Assembly: GCA_045605805.1 (NCBI GenBank)
Contig: JAZUQR010000010.1
Coordinates: 64,001-128,000 of the forward strand
Origin: Alphaproteobacteria bacterium
Lineage (GTDB): Bacteria > Pseudomonadota > Alphaproteobacteria > CAAHEQ01 > UBA3637
DNA: 64,000 bases
Direction: 5' to 3'
The notes under the pieces: model-generated
Seen by the model: the letters and a program-made list of their open reading frames with translations, nothing else
The model's database searches: none
What the model was told of the DNA's origin: nothing
Made by a program: the position numbers and the translations under genes
Shown: positions 1 to 8,468 of the stretch, one piece after another
How positions within the stretch are numbered: position 1 is the first letter of the stretch
Layout: each line of letters opens with the position of its first letter

Positions 1-154
1 AAGTCATGTTTTTTTGCCTTTCATCTTTTTCATTAAACTGTGATTGAGTATAGCCGCTTATAACAAAAAAGTCAAGGGAAAAGATAAAAAACTCGTGACA
101 TCTTTTGTTTTATATGTTATGTTTTGTTTGTTCATTCTGAAAAGGAGGAGAAAT

Positions 155-691
155 ATGAAAAAACTGTTATTATTGGCTGTACTGTGTTCGGCTTTTTGTG
201 TTTCGGCACAGGCGGATTTTTATGTGGGAGCCGGCTATGGTTTGGCTATCAACAAAGGATCGGTGATTGAAAATGCCCATCGGTCCACCTATAAAGATTC
301 TTCTGTTTATTCTTTAAGTGGTGGCGTGACTTTGCCCCTGCCTTTATTTGATTTAAGAGGTGAAGTGGAATATTTTCGCACACGGCCGGAAACAAAATCT
401 TTGGGGACGAAACAATTGGATGCTTTGATGCTTAACGCAACAGGCGTGATTCCGCTTATTCCGTTTATTGACCCCTATGTTGGATTTGGCGTGGGTTATG
501 GCCGTTATGACCACAACAATACCTCTGCTTGGCAGGCTTTGATGGGCGTGGAATATGCTTTTGAAACCAATCCGTTTGTGGTGGGGGCTGAATATCGCTA
601 TTTAGAATTGACCGAAACAAATGGCAAGCGAGACAATTCATCCAAATATCGCACGCATGGGTTGATGCTGAAAGTTAAATATACTTTTTAG
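155..691 (+). CDS. Outer-membrane beta-barrel protein (OmpW/opacity-like)
   Basis: RBS AGGAGG before ATG 155; signal peptide MKKLLLL..AQA; alternating beta-strand pattern, PYVGFGVGY motif, C-terminal YTF. Confidence 0.8.
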   Translation: MKKLLLLAVLCSAFCVSAQADFYVGAGYGLAINKGSVIENAHRSTYKDSSVYSLSGGVTLPLPLFDLRGEVEYFRTRPETKSLGTKQLDALMLNATGVIPLIPFIDPYVGFGVGYGRYDHNNTSAWQALMGVEYAFETNPFVVGAEYRYLELTETNGKRDNSSKYRTHGLMLKVKYTF

Positions 692-1053
692 CTTTTTAAG
701 TTTTTTTCAATCGTTGTGAAGAAAGTGGCAATGGAAATTGGTTTGGACAGATAGTCATCACACCCAGCTTCTATTGCCTTTTCTGCATCTTGTTTTAAGG
801 CAAATGCAGATACCGCAATAATTTTGGGCTGTTTGATATTGCTCATTTGGCGCACCTGTTTTGTAATTTCCAATCCGGAAATGTTGGGCAATTGTATGTC
901 CATCAAAACTAAATCCGGCTGTTTTTCTTGCATTATTTTTAAGGCCTGTGTACCATCCGTTGCCTGAAAAATATCAAACCCTCGTGTGGCCAATAAATCA
1001 CAAAACAACCTGCGATTTAACTCGTTATCCTCTACAATTAAAACTGAACTCAT
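688..1053 (-). CDS. divK: Single-domain response regulator, DivK-like
   Basis: VLIVEDNELN, PDLVLMDIQLPNISGLEIT, IIAVSAFA, GCDDYLSKPIS closely follow DivK; start taken at ATG 1053. Confidence 0.75.
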   Translation of the reverse strand: MSSVLIVEDNELNRRLFCDLLATRGFDIFQATDGTQALKIMQEKQPDLVLMDIQLPNISGLEITKQVRQMSNIKQPKIIAVSAFALKQDAEKAIEAGCDDYLSKPISIATFFTTIEKNLKS

Positions 1054-1299
1054 TTTTTCTCTCCGTCTTTTCGTCTTTTTTTTTAAGCCTATGCTTTTTT
1101 TATTTATATTGCAATTCTTTTTCTTCAAAAAAACACCTTGCTATTTATTTTTTTTATTTCTATACTGTTTTTGTCTTTGACAAAAGACGCTGGCTGGGTT
1201 TTGCGTTAAAAGTTTGCTTTTATCTTTTGCCTTCAAGCGGTACTGTCGAATTTTTTTGAGCCGATGATAAGGCATATTTAACAAAGGGAGATTGACATT

Positions 1300-1503
1300 A
1301 TGTTGTCAGGAAAAATTAAATGGTTTAATTACAAAAAAGGTTATGGTTTTATTGTGCCGGATGAAGGCGAAAAGGATGTGTTTATGCATATCACTGCTTT
1401 GCACGAAGCCGGTTTGCGTCGCATTGACGAAGGCCAAGAAGTCACCTTTGAATTAAAAGAAGAAAACGGCAAGACCTGTGCCACGAACATTGCTTTGAAA
1501 TAA
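1300..1503 (+). CDS. cspA: Cold-shock protein (CspA family)
   Basis: KWFN..KGYGFI (RNP1), DVFMHI (RNP2), 67 aa. Confidence 0.93.
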   Translation: MLSGKIKWFNYKKGYGFIVPDEGEKDVFMHITALHEAGLRRIDEGQEVTFELKEENGKTCATNIALK

Positions 1504-1521
1504 ATGTTCTTTTTCTTTTTT

Positions 1522-1549
1522 ATCCCACCTTTTCGGGTGGGATTTTTTT
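1522..1549 (+). terminator. Intrinsic terminator after cspA
   Basis: ATCCCACC-TTTTC-GGGTGGGAT hairpin followed by T-run. Confidence 0.85.
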
Positions 1550-1561
1550 ATTGACTCTTTT

Positions 1562-1870
1562 GGGTTTATTTGCCTTGACAGGTGCTGTCCTTATGGCACA
1601 ACATTCGGACAAAATAATACCTGTTGTTTAGACGGTGTCTGCGCCAAAAGTGACACATTTTTTTGTGCATCAACAGATGAAACCGGTCCATGTCAGATGT
1701 GGCAAATCTGTGCCTTTTCTCATTCCGGTTCTTCCATTATTGGGGCAATCAATGCAACAGGCGTTTGCAATCCAAAAACAGAAGCTGTCTGTACAGAATT
1801 AGGCTTTGTTTGGTGTGCTGGGGCTTGTTATGAAGAAAGTACTGTGTGCTCTGAGTCATTTTATCCAATG
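1562..1870 (+). pseudogene. Start-less fragment of a Cys-rich repeat protein
   Basis: Open frame reads GFICLDRCCPYGTTFGQNNTCCLDGVCAKSDTFFCASTDETGPCQMWQICA...CTELGFVWCAGACYEESTVCS; no start or RBS upstream; begins just after the cspA terminator. Confidence 0.55.
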
Positions 1871-1902
1871 AAAATCCCCGACAAAGCATCGGGGATTTTT
1901 TT
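1871..1902. terminator. Bidirectional intrinsic terminator
   Basis: AAAATCCCCGA-CAAAGCA-TCGGGGATTTT. Confidence 0.8.
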
Positions 1903-1910
1903 ACTTTTCT

Positions 1911-1997
1911 TTATTTTTTTTCTTTTTTTTCGCCTTTGGATTTACCACCTTTTTGCGTGCCGCATCCACAGCCACATCCGTCTAATTTTTCTGTCAT
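1911..1997 (-). CDS. Small 28-aa peptide MTEKLDGCGCGCGTQKGGKSKGEKKEKK (not in ORF track)
   Basis: GAAAGGAG RBS 5 nt upstream of ATG 1997; TAA at 1911-1913; terminator immediately downstream. Confidence 0.7.
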   Translation of the reverse strand: MTEKLDGCGCGCGTQKGGKSKGEKKEKK

Positions 1998-2092
1998 TTT
2001 GTCTCCTTTCAGACACTGATTTTGTGTCTGTTATCATATAAAATCGTTTTTTTTACTTGTCAACACAGACTTTTTTTGCTATCTTTAAGGAT

Positions 2093-2476
2093 ATGAAATA
2101 TATTTTACTTGGGCTTGCTTGTTGTCTTTTTTTCGGATGTGCTTATCACAATCCGTTAGACAAGGCTGATTTTCGTTTTCAAACATTGAATGCGCCCCCT
2201 TATATTCTTTCCGGTTGGTATCGGGTGAATCAAGCGGGTCAGCCTTTAACTGTTTATGTGGAAAAAGAACAGATGGATTTGGAACGCAGAAAACAAGCCG
2301 TTGCAGATAAATCGGCCAATGTGGCCTATCTTGGTCGGCCCTGTCAATACTTTCAAACACCTATTTGTCACGAGGCGTTAGAGGCACAATCTGTTGAAAA
2401 CGCCCTTCAAAAGGGTATTTTACAACTTCAAAAAAAGGCTGCCACTGAAACGGTTGTGGTGAAAGGATTAGAATGA
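2093..2476 (+). CDS. Lipoprotein resembling the N-terminal half of an alpha/beta-hydrolase family
   Basis: Lipobox LFFG-C; NVAYLGRPCQY motif; ends before any GxSxG. Confidence 0.55.
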   Translation: MKYILLGLACCLFFGCAYHNPLDKADFRFQTLNAPPYILSGWYRVNQAGQPLTVYVEKEQMDLERRKQAVADKSANVAYLGRPCQYFQTPICHEALEAQSVENALQKGILQLQKKAATETVVVKGLE

Positions 2477-3423
2477 AAAAAGTATGGGTTTTGGCTGATG
2501 ATCGGGCGGGCAATGTGAATCAATTGTTGGGCATTGCCGAGGCGTTGGGGTGGCCCTATGAGCGCAAAGAAATCCGCTATAATAAATGGGTGCGGTTGCC
2601 AAATTGGCTTAGAGGGCACACCTTTATTGGCCTTGATAAAGCCTATCAATTAGCTCTTATGCAAGATTTTCCGGATGTGCTTTTAAGTGCGGGGCGCAGA
2701 AGCTATCCTATTGCTCGGGCCATTAAGCACCTTTCAAAAGGAAAGTGTAAGATTATTCAGCTGATGAATCCTTTGAACAATTTAGGGGATGCCGATTTAA
2801 TTGTTTTACCGTTTCATGACAATTGGCGGGGCAAAGCCGAAAATGTGGTTCAAATGCTTGGTACACCTCATCGGGTCACTGCCCAAAAACTGAGCTTGGA
2901 AAGACAGCACTGGCAACAGGTGATGAAGCAATATCCCCCAAAACGGTTAAGTTTATTTGTAGGCGGGGCAACCAAAAACAAGCCGTTTTCCATTGAAATG
3001 GCTGATGATTTGATTCGGGCGGTGAAAGAGTTGAAACCAGCTTCTGTATTGGTAACAACTTCCAGACGCACACCCTTGGATATTGTTCATCATCTTAAAA
3101 CGCATTTACCCAAACCTTATTTTTTCTATCAATTTGGGGATGAAGGTGAAAATCCTTATTTTGGATTACTCAGCTGGGCGGATATGATTCTTGTGACGGG
3201 CGATTCTATGTCTATGTGCACCGAATGTTGTGCCAGCGGTGTGCCCGTTTTTATTTTTGCGCCCGATGGGATGGTCAGCGCAAAACATAAACGCTTTCAT
3301 GATACCCTGTTTCAACATGGTTTTGCGGCTCCTGTGGGGGGGGAAGCTGTGTTGGCTCATCCGCCCCTGAATCCTGCCACTGAGATTGCAGAACGCATTC
3401 AAGCGTTGTTTGAAAAGAAATAA
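2473..3423 (+). CDS. ELM1/GtrOC1-family protein (mitochondrial fission ELM1-like)
   Basis: DDRAGNVNQLLGIAEAL, VTTSRRTP, ENPYFGLL, VTGDSMSMCTE..G.PV. Confidence 0.85.
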   Translation: MKKVWVLADDRAGNVNQLLGIAEALGWPYERKEIRYNKWVRLPNWLRGHTFIGLDKAYQLALMQDFPDVLLSAGRRSYPIARAIKHLSKGKCKIIQLMNPLNNLGDADLIVLPFHDNWRGKAENVVQMLGTPHRVTAQKLSLERQHWQQVMKQYPPKRLSLFVGGATKNKPFSIEMADDLIRAVKELKPASVLVTTSRRTPLDIVHHLKTHLPKPYFFYQFGDEGENPYFGLLSWADMILVTGDSMSMCTECCASGVPVFIFAPDGMVSAKHKRFHDTLFQHGFAAPVGGEAVLAHPPLNPATEIAERIQALFEKK

Positions 3424-3427
3424 TTAC

Positions 3428-3456
3428 TTGCTTTTTTATGCTTTTTTGGATATAAT
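3428..3456 (+). promoter_or_regulatory. Sigma70 promoter of tRNA-Arg
   Basis: TTGCTT-17 nt-TATAAT. Confidence 0.65.
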
Positions 3457-3467
3457 GATTTTTATCA

Positions 3468-3544
3468 GCGCCTGTAGCTCAGCTGGATAGAGTGTTGCCC
3501 TCCGAAGGCAAAGGTCGTGAGTTCGAATCTCGCCAGGCGCGCCA
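3468..3544 (+). tRNA. tRNA-Arg(CCG)
   Basis: Cloverleaf: GCGCCTG/CAGGCGC acceptor stem, TAGCTCAG, anticodon loop CTCCGAA, GTTCGAATC, CCA end. Confidence 0.97.
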
Positions 3545-3561
3545 AATAAAAAAAATAATGC

Positions 3562-3590
3562 TTGCATTTTACAATAAAGTTGTGTATAAT
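3562..3590 (+). promoter_or_regulatory. Sigma70 promoter of tRNA-Gln
   Basis: TTGCAT-17 nt-TATAAT. Confidence 0.65.
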
Positions 3591-3610
3591 GTGTGCTATC
3601 CAAGTTATCT

Positions 3611-3685
3611 TGGGGTGTCGCCAAGTGGTAAGGCAACGGTTTTTGATACCGTCATTCGTTGGTTCGAATCCAGCCACCCCAACCA
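3611..3685 (+). tRNA. tRNA-Gln(TTG)
   Basis: TGGGGTG/CACCCCA acceptor stem, CCAAGTGGTAAGG D-arm, anticodon loop TTTTGAT, GGTTCGAATCC, ACCA end. Confidence 0.97.
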
Positions 3686-3845
3686 AACCGCACATAACGC
3701 CAATTATTGGTGTTTTTTCCTTTATTTTACAAGCACTTTTATCAGCTCGGAATAACCTTTTTGAAAAATAGCTAAAAAATATCAATTCCGAACCGGCACA
3801 TAAAATTTTCCTTTAAAATCAATAGTGAGTCGTTGGGAAAATTTA
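3681..3845 (+). repeat. Arm repeat unit 0 (GCTCGGAA subtype)
   Basis: ACCA-AACCG..hairpin AACGCCAA/TTGGTGTT, TTTTACAAGCACTT, GCTCGGAA..TTTTTGAAAAA..TTCCGAAC. Confidence 0.6.
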
Positions 3846-3915
3846 CCAAGCCAAAAGTGGCTAAAATTTGAGGTTATCAGATTTTTAGCCTAGTACAAAC
3901 ATATCGAACCTGAAA

Positions 3916-4467
3916 TTAATGACACAATGCATCGTGACCAGGGTAATAAGTAAAATCCTCTTTGACTTGACCAACTATATTAATTCCATATGCTGTTTTT
4001 TCATCTTTTTTGTCTCGAGTCCAGGGACCAACACTGCCAATACTCGTTGGATTCAATTTTTCATTTATTTGCATTATCAAACTTTGTTCAGAACACCTTC
4101 CACTGGTGGGACATCCAAGTTCCTTTAAACTAAGTAATTTTTTTCCATATAAAGAACAAACATTTTCGGCTGATTTTAAATCAAATGCATCCCTAATAAC
4201 AATATATTCGTCTTTGCCACTTTTTATAACTGTACCTTCACTATCCATTTTAGAACAAGTTCCTTGAGGTTTAACTTGATAAACTTTTGTGTTTCTATAA
4301 CGACAATAACATTGCCCTTTAGAGCAAGTTTCGCCATTTTGATTTCTTTTTGAAATACAATCTGAATTCTCTGTGCAACTATCTCCTAAACGGGACGTAG
4401 CTGCCTCAGAGACGCTAATACAGAGTAGAGAAACACAGAAACAAGTTGAAATTATAATTTTTTTCAT
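3916..4467 (-). CDS. Secreted Cys-rich protein with probable C-type-lectin-like (DUF1566/intimin-like) C-terminus
   Basis: RBS AGGAG; signal peptide; SAENVC..YGKKLLSLKEL..PWT..AYGIN..ALC pattern. Confidence 0.55.
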   Translation of the reverse strand: MKKIIISTCFCVSLLCISVSEAATSRLGDSCTENSDCISKRNQNGETCSKGQCYCRYRNTKVYQVKPQGTCSKMDSEGTVIKSGKDEYIVIRDAFDLKSAENVCSLYGKKLLSLKELGCPTSGRCSEQSLIMQINEKLNPTSIGSVGPWTRDKKDEKTAYGINIVGQVKEDFTYYPGHDALCH

Positions 4468-4550
4468 TGGTTAGTCTCCTTTTTCTTTTCATTATACTTT
4501 ATAAAGAAATATATTTCAACTCTAAATTTCAGCTCGGAAATTGCACAACG

Positions 4551-4670
4551 AGTCCAGCCAAAACAGACAAGTCGCTATTTTTAGCGACTTTTTTATGATT
4601 TTACAATCACTTACACCGGTCCGTGTACAGCGTTTTTCAAAAAGCTCTTTTTTCAGCCCTACACTGACTT
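4551..4670 (+). repeat. Arm repeat unit 1 (TCCGTGTA subtype, truncated)
   Basis: CCAGCCA, AGTCGCTA/TAGCGACT hairpin, TTTTACAATCACTT, TCCGTGTA..TTTTTCAAAAA..TACACTGA. Confidence 0.85.
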
Positions 4671-4741
4671 TTATAAGAAGCATTTAGTAGTTTGACATTT
4701 CAAATGAATTATGTTAGTCTATAAAAATAAAAGGAGAAGGA

Positions 4742-5521
4742 ATGATTAGGTACTACTGTAGTGGATTTGATGTACATAATGCCTTTGGACATGGTTTGGG
4801 TGAGATGTTCAAATCAGAATTAAAAGATACTAGGAGTATTGTCTATATTCCTGGCGGTTCGGACAAAATTGAAAAAGTACAAACGAAATATGTTCCCACT
4901 TTTACCAATTATTTCGGTAATGTGGGAATTAAATTTGATCAAGTAAATATTTTTACTCCCAATATACAACCAGAACAAGCAGCTAAAATGTGTGAAAATG
5001 CCAGCTTTATTGTTTTGATGGGCGGTTGTCCCTTTAAACAAAAACAGCTGTGTGAAAATTTGGGAATTATGCAACAACTGAAAGATTATAAGGGGATTAT
5101 GGTGGGTATGAGTGCGGGGGCTATGTTGATGTCAAAAAATATTATAATTACCCCATGTAGTGCGGAATATCCAGATTTTCACATAGAAGATGGTTTAAAT
5201 CTAGATGGGATTTCAATCTATCCACATAATAATACTTCAAATGTGAACTATCCAGATGAGTTAGTCGTAGGAGATGAAACGTATAAAAAATCGGATTTGA
5301 TTGAGGCTGCTCGCCAATGTGGTCCATTTTATTTGTTGCAAGATAACCCCAGAGAAAATGGAAAAACAGATGTCAGCATTATTAAGTCCACCAATGGAAA
5401 AATTGACTTTTACATTGAAAATGATGGAAAAATCTGGATGGTTGATAAAGATATAAAACCTATTACAGATTTTAAGAAGACACTTTATCAACGTAAAATT
5501 AGTCCGTGTATTGCAAGATGA
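4742..5521 (+). CDS. Peptidase S51 / class I glutamine-amidotransferase-like (PepE-type)
   Basis: IVLMGG, GMSAGAM nucleophile elbow, IYPH; own promoter TTGACA-17-TAGTCT at 4692-4720. Confidence 0.8.
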   Translation: MIRYYCSGFDVHNAFGHGLGEMFKSELKDTRSIVYIPGGSDKIEKVQTKYVPTFTNYFGNVGIKFDQVNIFTPNIQPEQAAKMCENASFIVLMGGCPFKQKQLCENLGIMQQLKDYKGIMVGMSAGAMLMSKNIIITPCSAEYPDFHIEDGLNLDGISIYPHNNTSNVNYPDELVVGDETYKKSDLIEAARQCGPFYLLQDNPRENGKTDVSIIKSTNGKIDFYIENDGKIWMVDKDIKPITDFKKTLYQRKISPCIAR

Positions 5522-5832
5522 CCCTAGCCAAACCGTGCAAGTCGTCAGAAATGGCGACCAATTCCAACATCAATTCATTCTGCGTTGCCACTTGAATTCA
5601 TTGTGTTTCATTGCTTTACGCATAAAAACTTGCCACTGGCAACTTTTTATTTGCGCAGTCTTTATTTTACAATCACTTATACTGGTCCGTGTACAGTGTT
5701 TTTCAAAAAGCTCTTTTTTCAGCCCTACACGGACTCAAAATCCCAAAAAGCCTTATTTTACAATGCTTCTGTCTTGGGATGTCAATTTTTCATCCCAGAG
5801 AGAGGAAGATGTATTCAGACTCAAATTTGATG
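5522..5832 (+). repeat. Arm repeat unit 2 (with ~100 bp insert)
   Basis: CCCTAGCCA, GTCGTCA/TGGCGAC hairpin, then TTTTACAATCACTT..TCCGTGTA..TACACGGA..TTGGGATGTCAATTTTTCAT..TGTATTCAGACT. Confidence 0.85.
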
Positions 5833-5965
5833 TAAAAATGGGAAATTTTTTATGCCCCATAACCTAAATTTTTTGTAAAATCAAGGTTGACTATAAAAAA
5901 CAAGAATAAAAAGCCCCATTTCAAGAGAAACAGGGCATTATTTTTTTGTAAAGAAAATTTGTTAA

Positions 5966-6568
5966 CTATTCTCGACCACCATTAGCTAACATTTTCTGCA
6001 TAGCTACAATTTTTTTTACCCCTTCATCTTTTGTTTGAACCGCAATCTTATAAAGTTCTGGATTGACATCTTTCAAAGAATCAACCAAGATCATGCGTGT
6101 TTGGAAATATTCTTGATGCCAAGACAATGGTTTCTTTGGATTAGGCTTATCTCTGGAGGTTTGAAAATTCATAATTTTTTCAGCTAACAAAATTTCTTGT
6201 GCCTGAGGAGACAGTGTTTTTGCCCATTCAGCTTTTTCTTCCCATTGCTCTTTCTTTGTTTTATTTTCGTCTTCTGGCTCTGTCATCAACTCTTGAATAA
6301 CAGACAAAACTTTTGGACCTGCGATTTGCTTAATTTGTTCCGGCGTTAAAGGAGATACACCTTCAGCAATTCGTTTTGTCTCAAAACATTTATGTAAAAG
6401 AGAAGCGCATACAGCAACTTCTTTGTCTTCGTTATCTAATGTAGAATGTTTTTGTACTAATTCTGTCGTTCCTTTAACTTGGTCCAACATAACCATACCA
6501 CCGCCATAGGTAACACCTTCGTGTAAACGCGTGGCATGATACAAACACTTGTTTTCTAATTCTGCCAT
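5966..6568 (-). CDS. Degenerate HD-domain protein, small alarmone hydrolase/Mesh1-like
   Basis: HATRLH, ASLLHKCFE (canonical AALLHDTVED), V.ELMTE, LAEKIMN; promoter TTGACA-17-TACAAT at 6606-6634. Confidence 0.6.
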   Translation of the reverse strand: MAELENKCLYHATRLHEGVTYGGGMVMLDQVKGTTELVQKHSTLDNEDKEVAVCASLLHKCFETKRIAEGVSPLTPEQIKQIAGPKVLSVIQELMTEPEDENKTKKEQWEEKAEWAKTLSPQAQEILLAEKIMNFQTSRDKPNPKKPLSWHQEYFQTRMILVDSLKDVNPELYKIAVQTKDEGVKKIVAMQKMLANGGRE

Positions 6569-6685
6569 TTTATATTCTCCTTTAATTTTAATATACTATA
6601 AAGAAATTGTATAATAAATGGAAAGATTTGTCAACATTTTTTACTGAGAATACCTCTAAATCAGTCCGCGTATTACCAGACTTCT

Positions 6686-6898
6686 CCCGCCAAAACAGAT
6701 AAGTCGCTAGAAATAGTGACTTTTTATTATTTTACAATCACTTATACAGGTCCGTGTACAGTGTTTTTCAAAAAGCCTGTTTTTCAGCTCTACACGGACT
6801 CACATTTCAAAAAAGCCTTTGTTTTCAATGCTTCTGCCTTGGGATGTCAATTTTTCATTCCAGAGATTGTTGAATGTATTCAGACTGAGCTTAGATGA
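6686..6898 (+). repeat. Arm repeat unit 3
   Basis: CCCGCCA, AGTCGCTA/TAGTGACT hairpin, then about 170 bp closely matching unit 2. Confidence 0.85.
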
Positions 6899-7033
6899 GA
6901 AAAAAGTGTTTCTATAACACGCTTATTTCTATTACCAGTTCTGGTGGCCTATTTCTTTATTTTTTTCTTGCTAAAAAAGCACACACATGCTACCCTATCC
7001 GTATATCAATAATAATTATTTACGGATAGAAAA

Positions 7034-8341
7034 ATGACAAAATATCGTATCATTGGCAATATGACCGGAAATTCTATGGATGCAATAGATTTAGTTTTAA
7101 CAGAATTTGACGGTGATATAATGCGAGACATTTGTACATACACAAAACCTTATTCTAAAGATATGCAGAATAAAGTTGAAAGTTTGCGTGCAAAGGTCTT
7201 TAATAAAACATCCACAGAGATAGAAACCCTTCCAGAATTTACTTCTGTCCATGATGAATATATTCGCCAAATTGCAGAATGTATTAATGAAATGTGTGAA
7301 AAATACGACATTGACAAAAACAATATTGATGCAATAGGATTTCATGGCAAAACACTAGACCATAATCCGCCATCAAAAGCTTGTTTAGACGGAAGTCAAC
7401 CTTATACTTTGCAAATCGGTTCAGGACAAATGTTGGCCGATTTAACAGATATAGCGGTTGTTTATGATTTTCGTTCAGATCCATTGATGGCCGGCTTTGA
7501 TGGCGCACCACTGGTTCCACCCCATAATGCTCATATTTCGGCAACAGAGGGAGATGGTTGTTATTATAATGGAGGTAACACATCAAACTTTGCTTTGGTA
7601 GTTGATGGCTCTGCACTAATAGGCGCAGATGCCGGACCTTTTAATGAATATACTGATAATTATATTCGCAACCATACCGATGAATCTTTTGATAGAGATG
7701 GAACGTTCGGCAAAAAAGGAATATTAAATAAAGCTTTACTGCAAGAACTATTTAATTTTGGTCGCAAATATTATGAAGCCCCTTTACCAAAATCTGGTGA
7801 TCCCGCTTATTATTACAAGGGACAAATTTTTCAATATATCAATCAGAAAAAATTTAAGTTTGAAGATGTTGTTCATACGTTTGAATATTTTGCAGCTTAT
7901 ATCGCTGTACAAGCTTTGAGTTTAATACCTAATGATATAAAAATACCAAATAAAATGATTTTGTTTGGTGGAGGCTGGAAAAACCCCATAGTTAAAGAAA
8001 CTTTTGAAAAATTACTAAAAGGTCAGAGATATGTTTTGCCGGAACATCAAGAACAGTTTACTAAATTGTTAAATCGCTTTTCTAGTTGTCCAGAAGTTCG
8101 CAACTCAACTTTTGGTGATTATATGGAAGCCAGATTGTTTGCTGATTTAGCTCGTTACAAATTAGATAATAAAGCGTGGGAAATTCCTGAGATAGTTAAA
8201 TCAAAAAAATCGGTAATATGCGGACGGGTTGCAAAACCAAATAAAGATCGTAAAGAATATAACGATAGAGTTAATCGTGCAGCTAAAGGTTGGCAAAATT
8301 CTAATAATGTTAAAAATAAAATAGTAACAATAGAATATTAA
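7034..8341 (+). CDS. anmK: Anhydro-N-acetylmuramic acid kinase
   Basis: IGNMTGNSMDAID, AIGFHGKT, TLQIG, DFRS..MAG.DGAPLVP, NGGNTSN, DAGPFN, FGGGWKN, MEA..FA. Confidence 0.85.
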   Translation: MTKYRIIGNMTGNSMDAIDLVLTEFDGDIMRDICTYTKPYSKDMQNKVESLRAKVFNKTSTEIETLPEFTSVHDEYIRQIAECINEMCEKYDIDKNNIDAIGFHGKTLDHNPPSKACLDGSQPYTLQIGSGQMLADLTDIAVVYDFRSDPLMAGFDGAPLVPPHNAHISATEGDGCYYNGGNTSNFALVVDGSALIGADAGPFNEYTDNYIRNHTDESFDRDGTFGKKGILNKALLQELFNFGRKYYEAPLPKSGDPAYYYKGQIFQYINQKKFKFEDVVHTFEYFAAYIAVQALSLIPNDIKIPNKMILFGGGWKNPIVKETFEKLLKGQRYVLPEHQEQFTKLLNRFSSCPEVRNSTFGDYMEARLFADLARYKLDNKAWEIPEIVKSKKSVICGRVAKPNKDRKEYNDRVNRAAKGWQNSNNVKNKIVTIEY

Positions 8342-8468
8342 TTATAATTCGTTTTTTACATCCAATATTTAGTAATTTTCTTGTAAAAATATAAAGGATT
8401 AGAAAGGTAGAACATAAAAAACAATGTGTTACAACCAATCATAATTTAGCTCGTGAATTGTGCACTGT

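Noticed and set aside
44-154. N-terminal extensions in the ORF track (also divK, metG, pckG, rho, rnd, dnaK, dnaN)
   Set aside because: Downstream ATGs match family N-termini and most have a visible RBS
1697-2041. 114-aa ORF as an intact gene
   Set aside because: Starts in the middle of the Cys-rich frame, runs through a terminator, and is antisense to the 28-aa peptide gene
3916-4467. Diversity-generating retroelement target
   Set aside because: No reverse transcriptase and no template repeat of its 3' end seen in the window
5511-6898. Small ORFs 5511-5867, 5585-5830 and 6716-6898 with shared peptide FTITYTGPCTVFFKK
   Set aside because: Similarity comes from translating the non-coding arm repeat; no RBS; starts not conserved between copies
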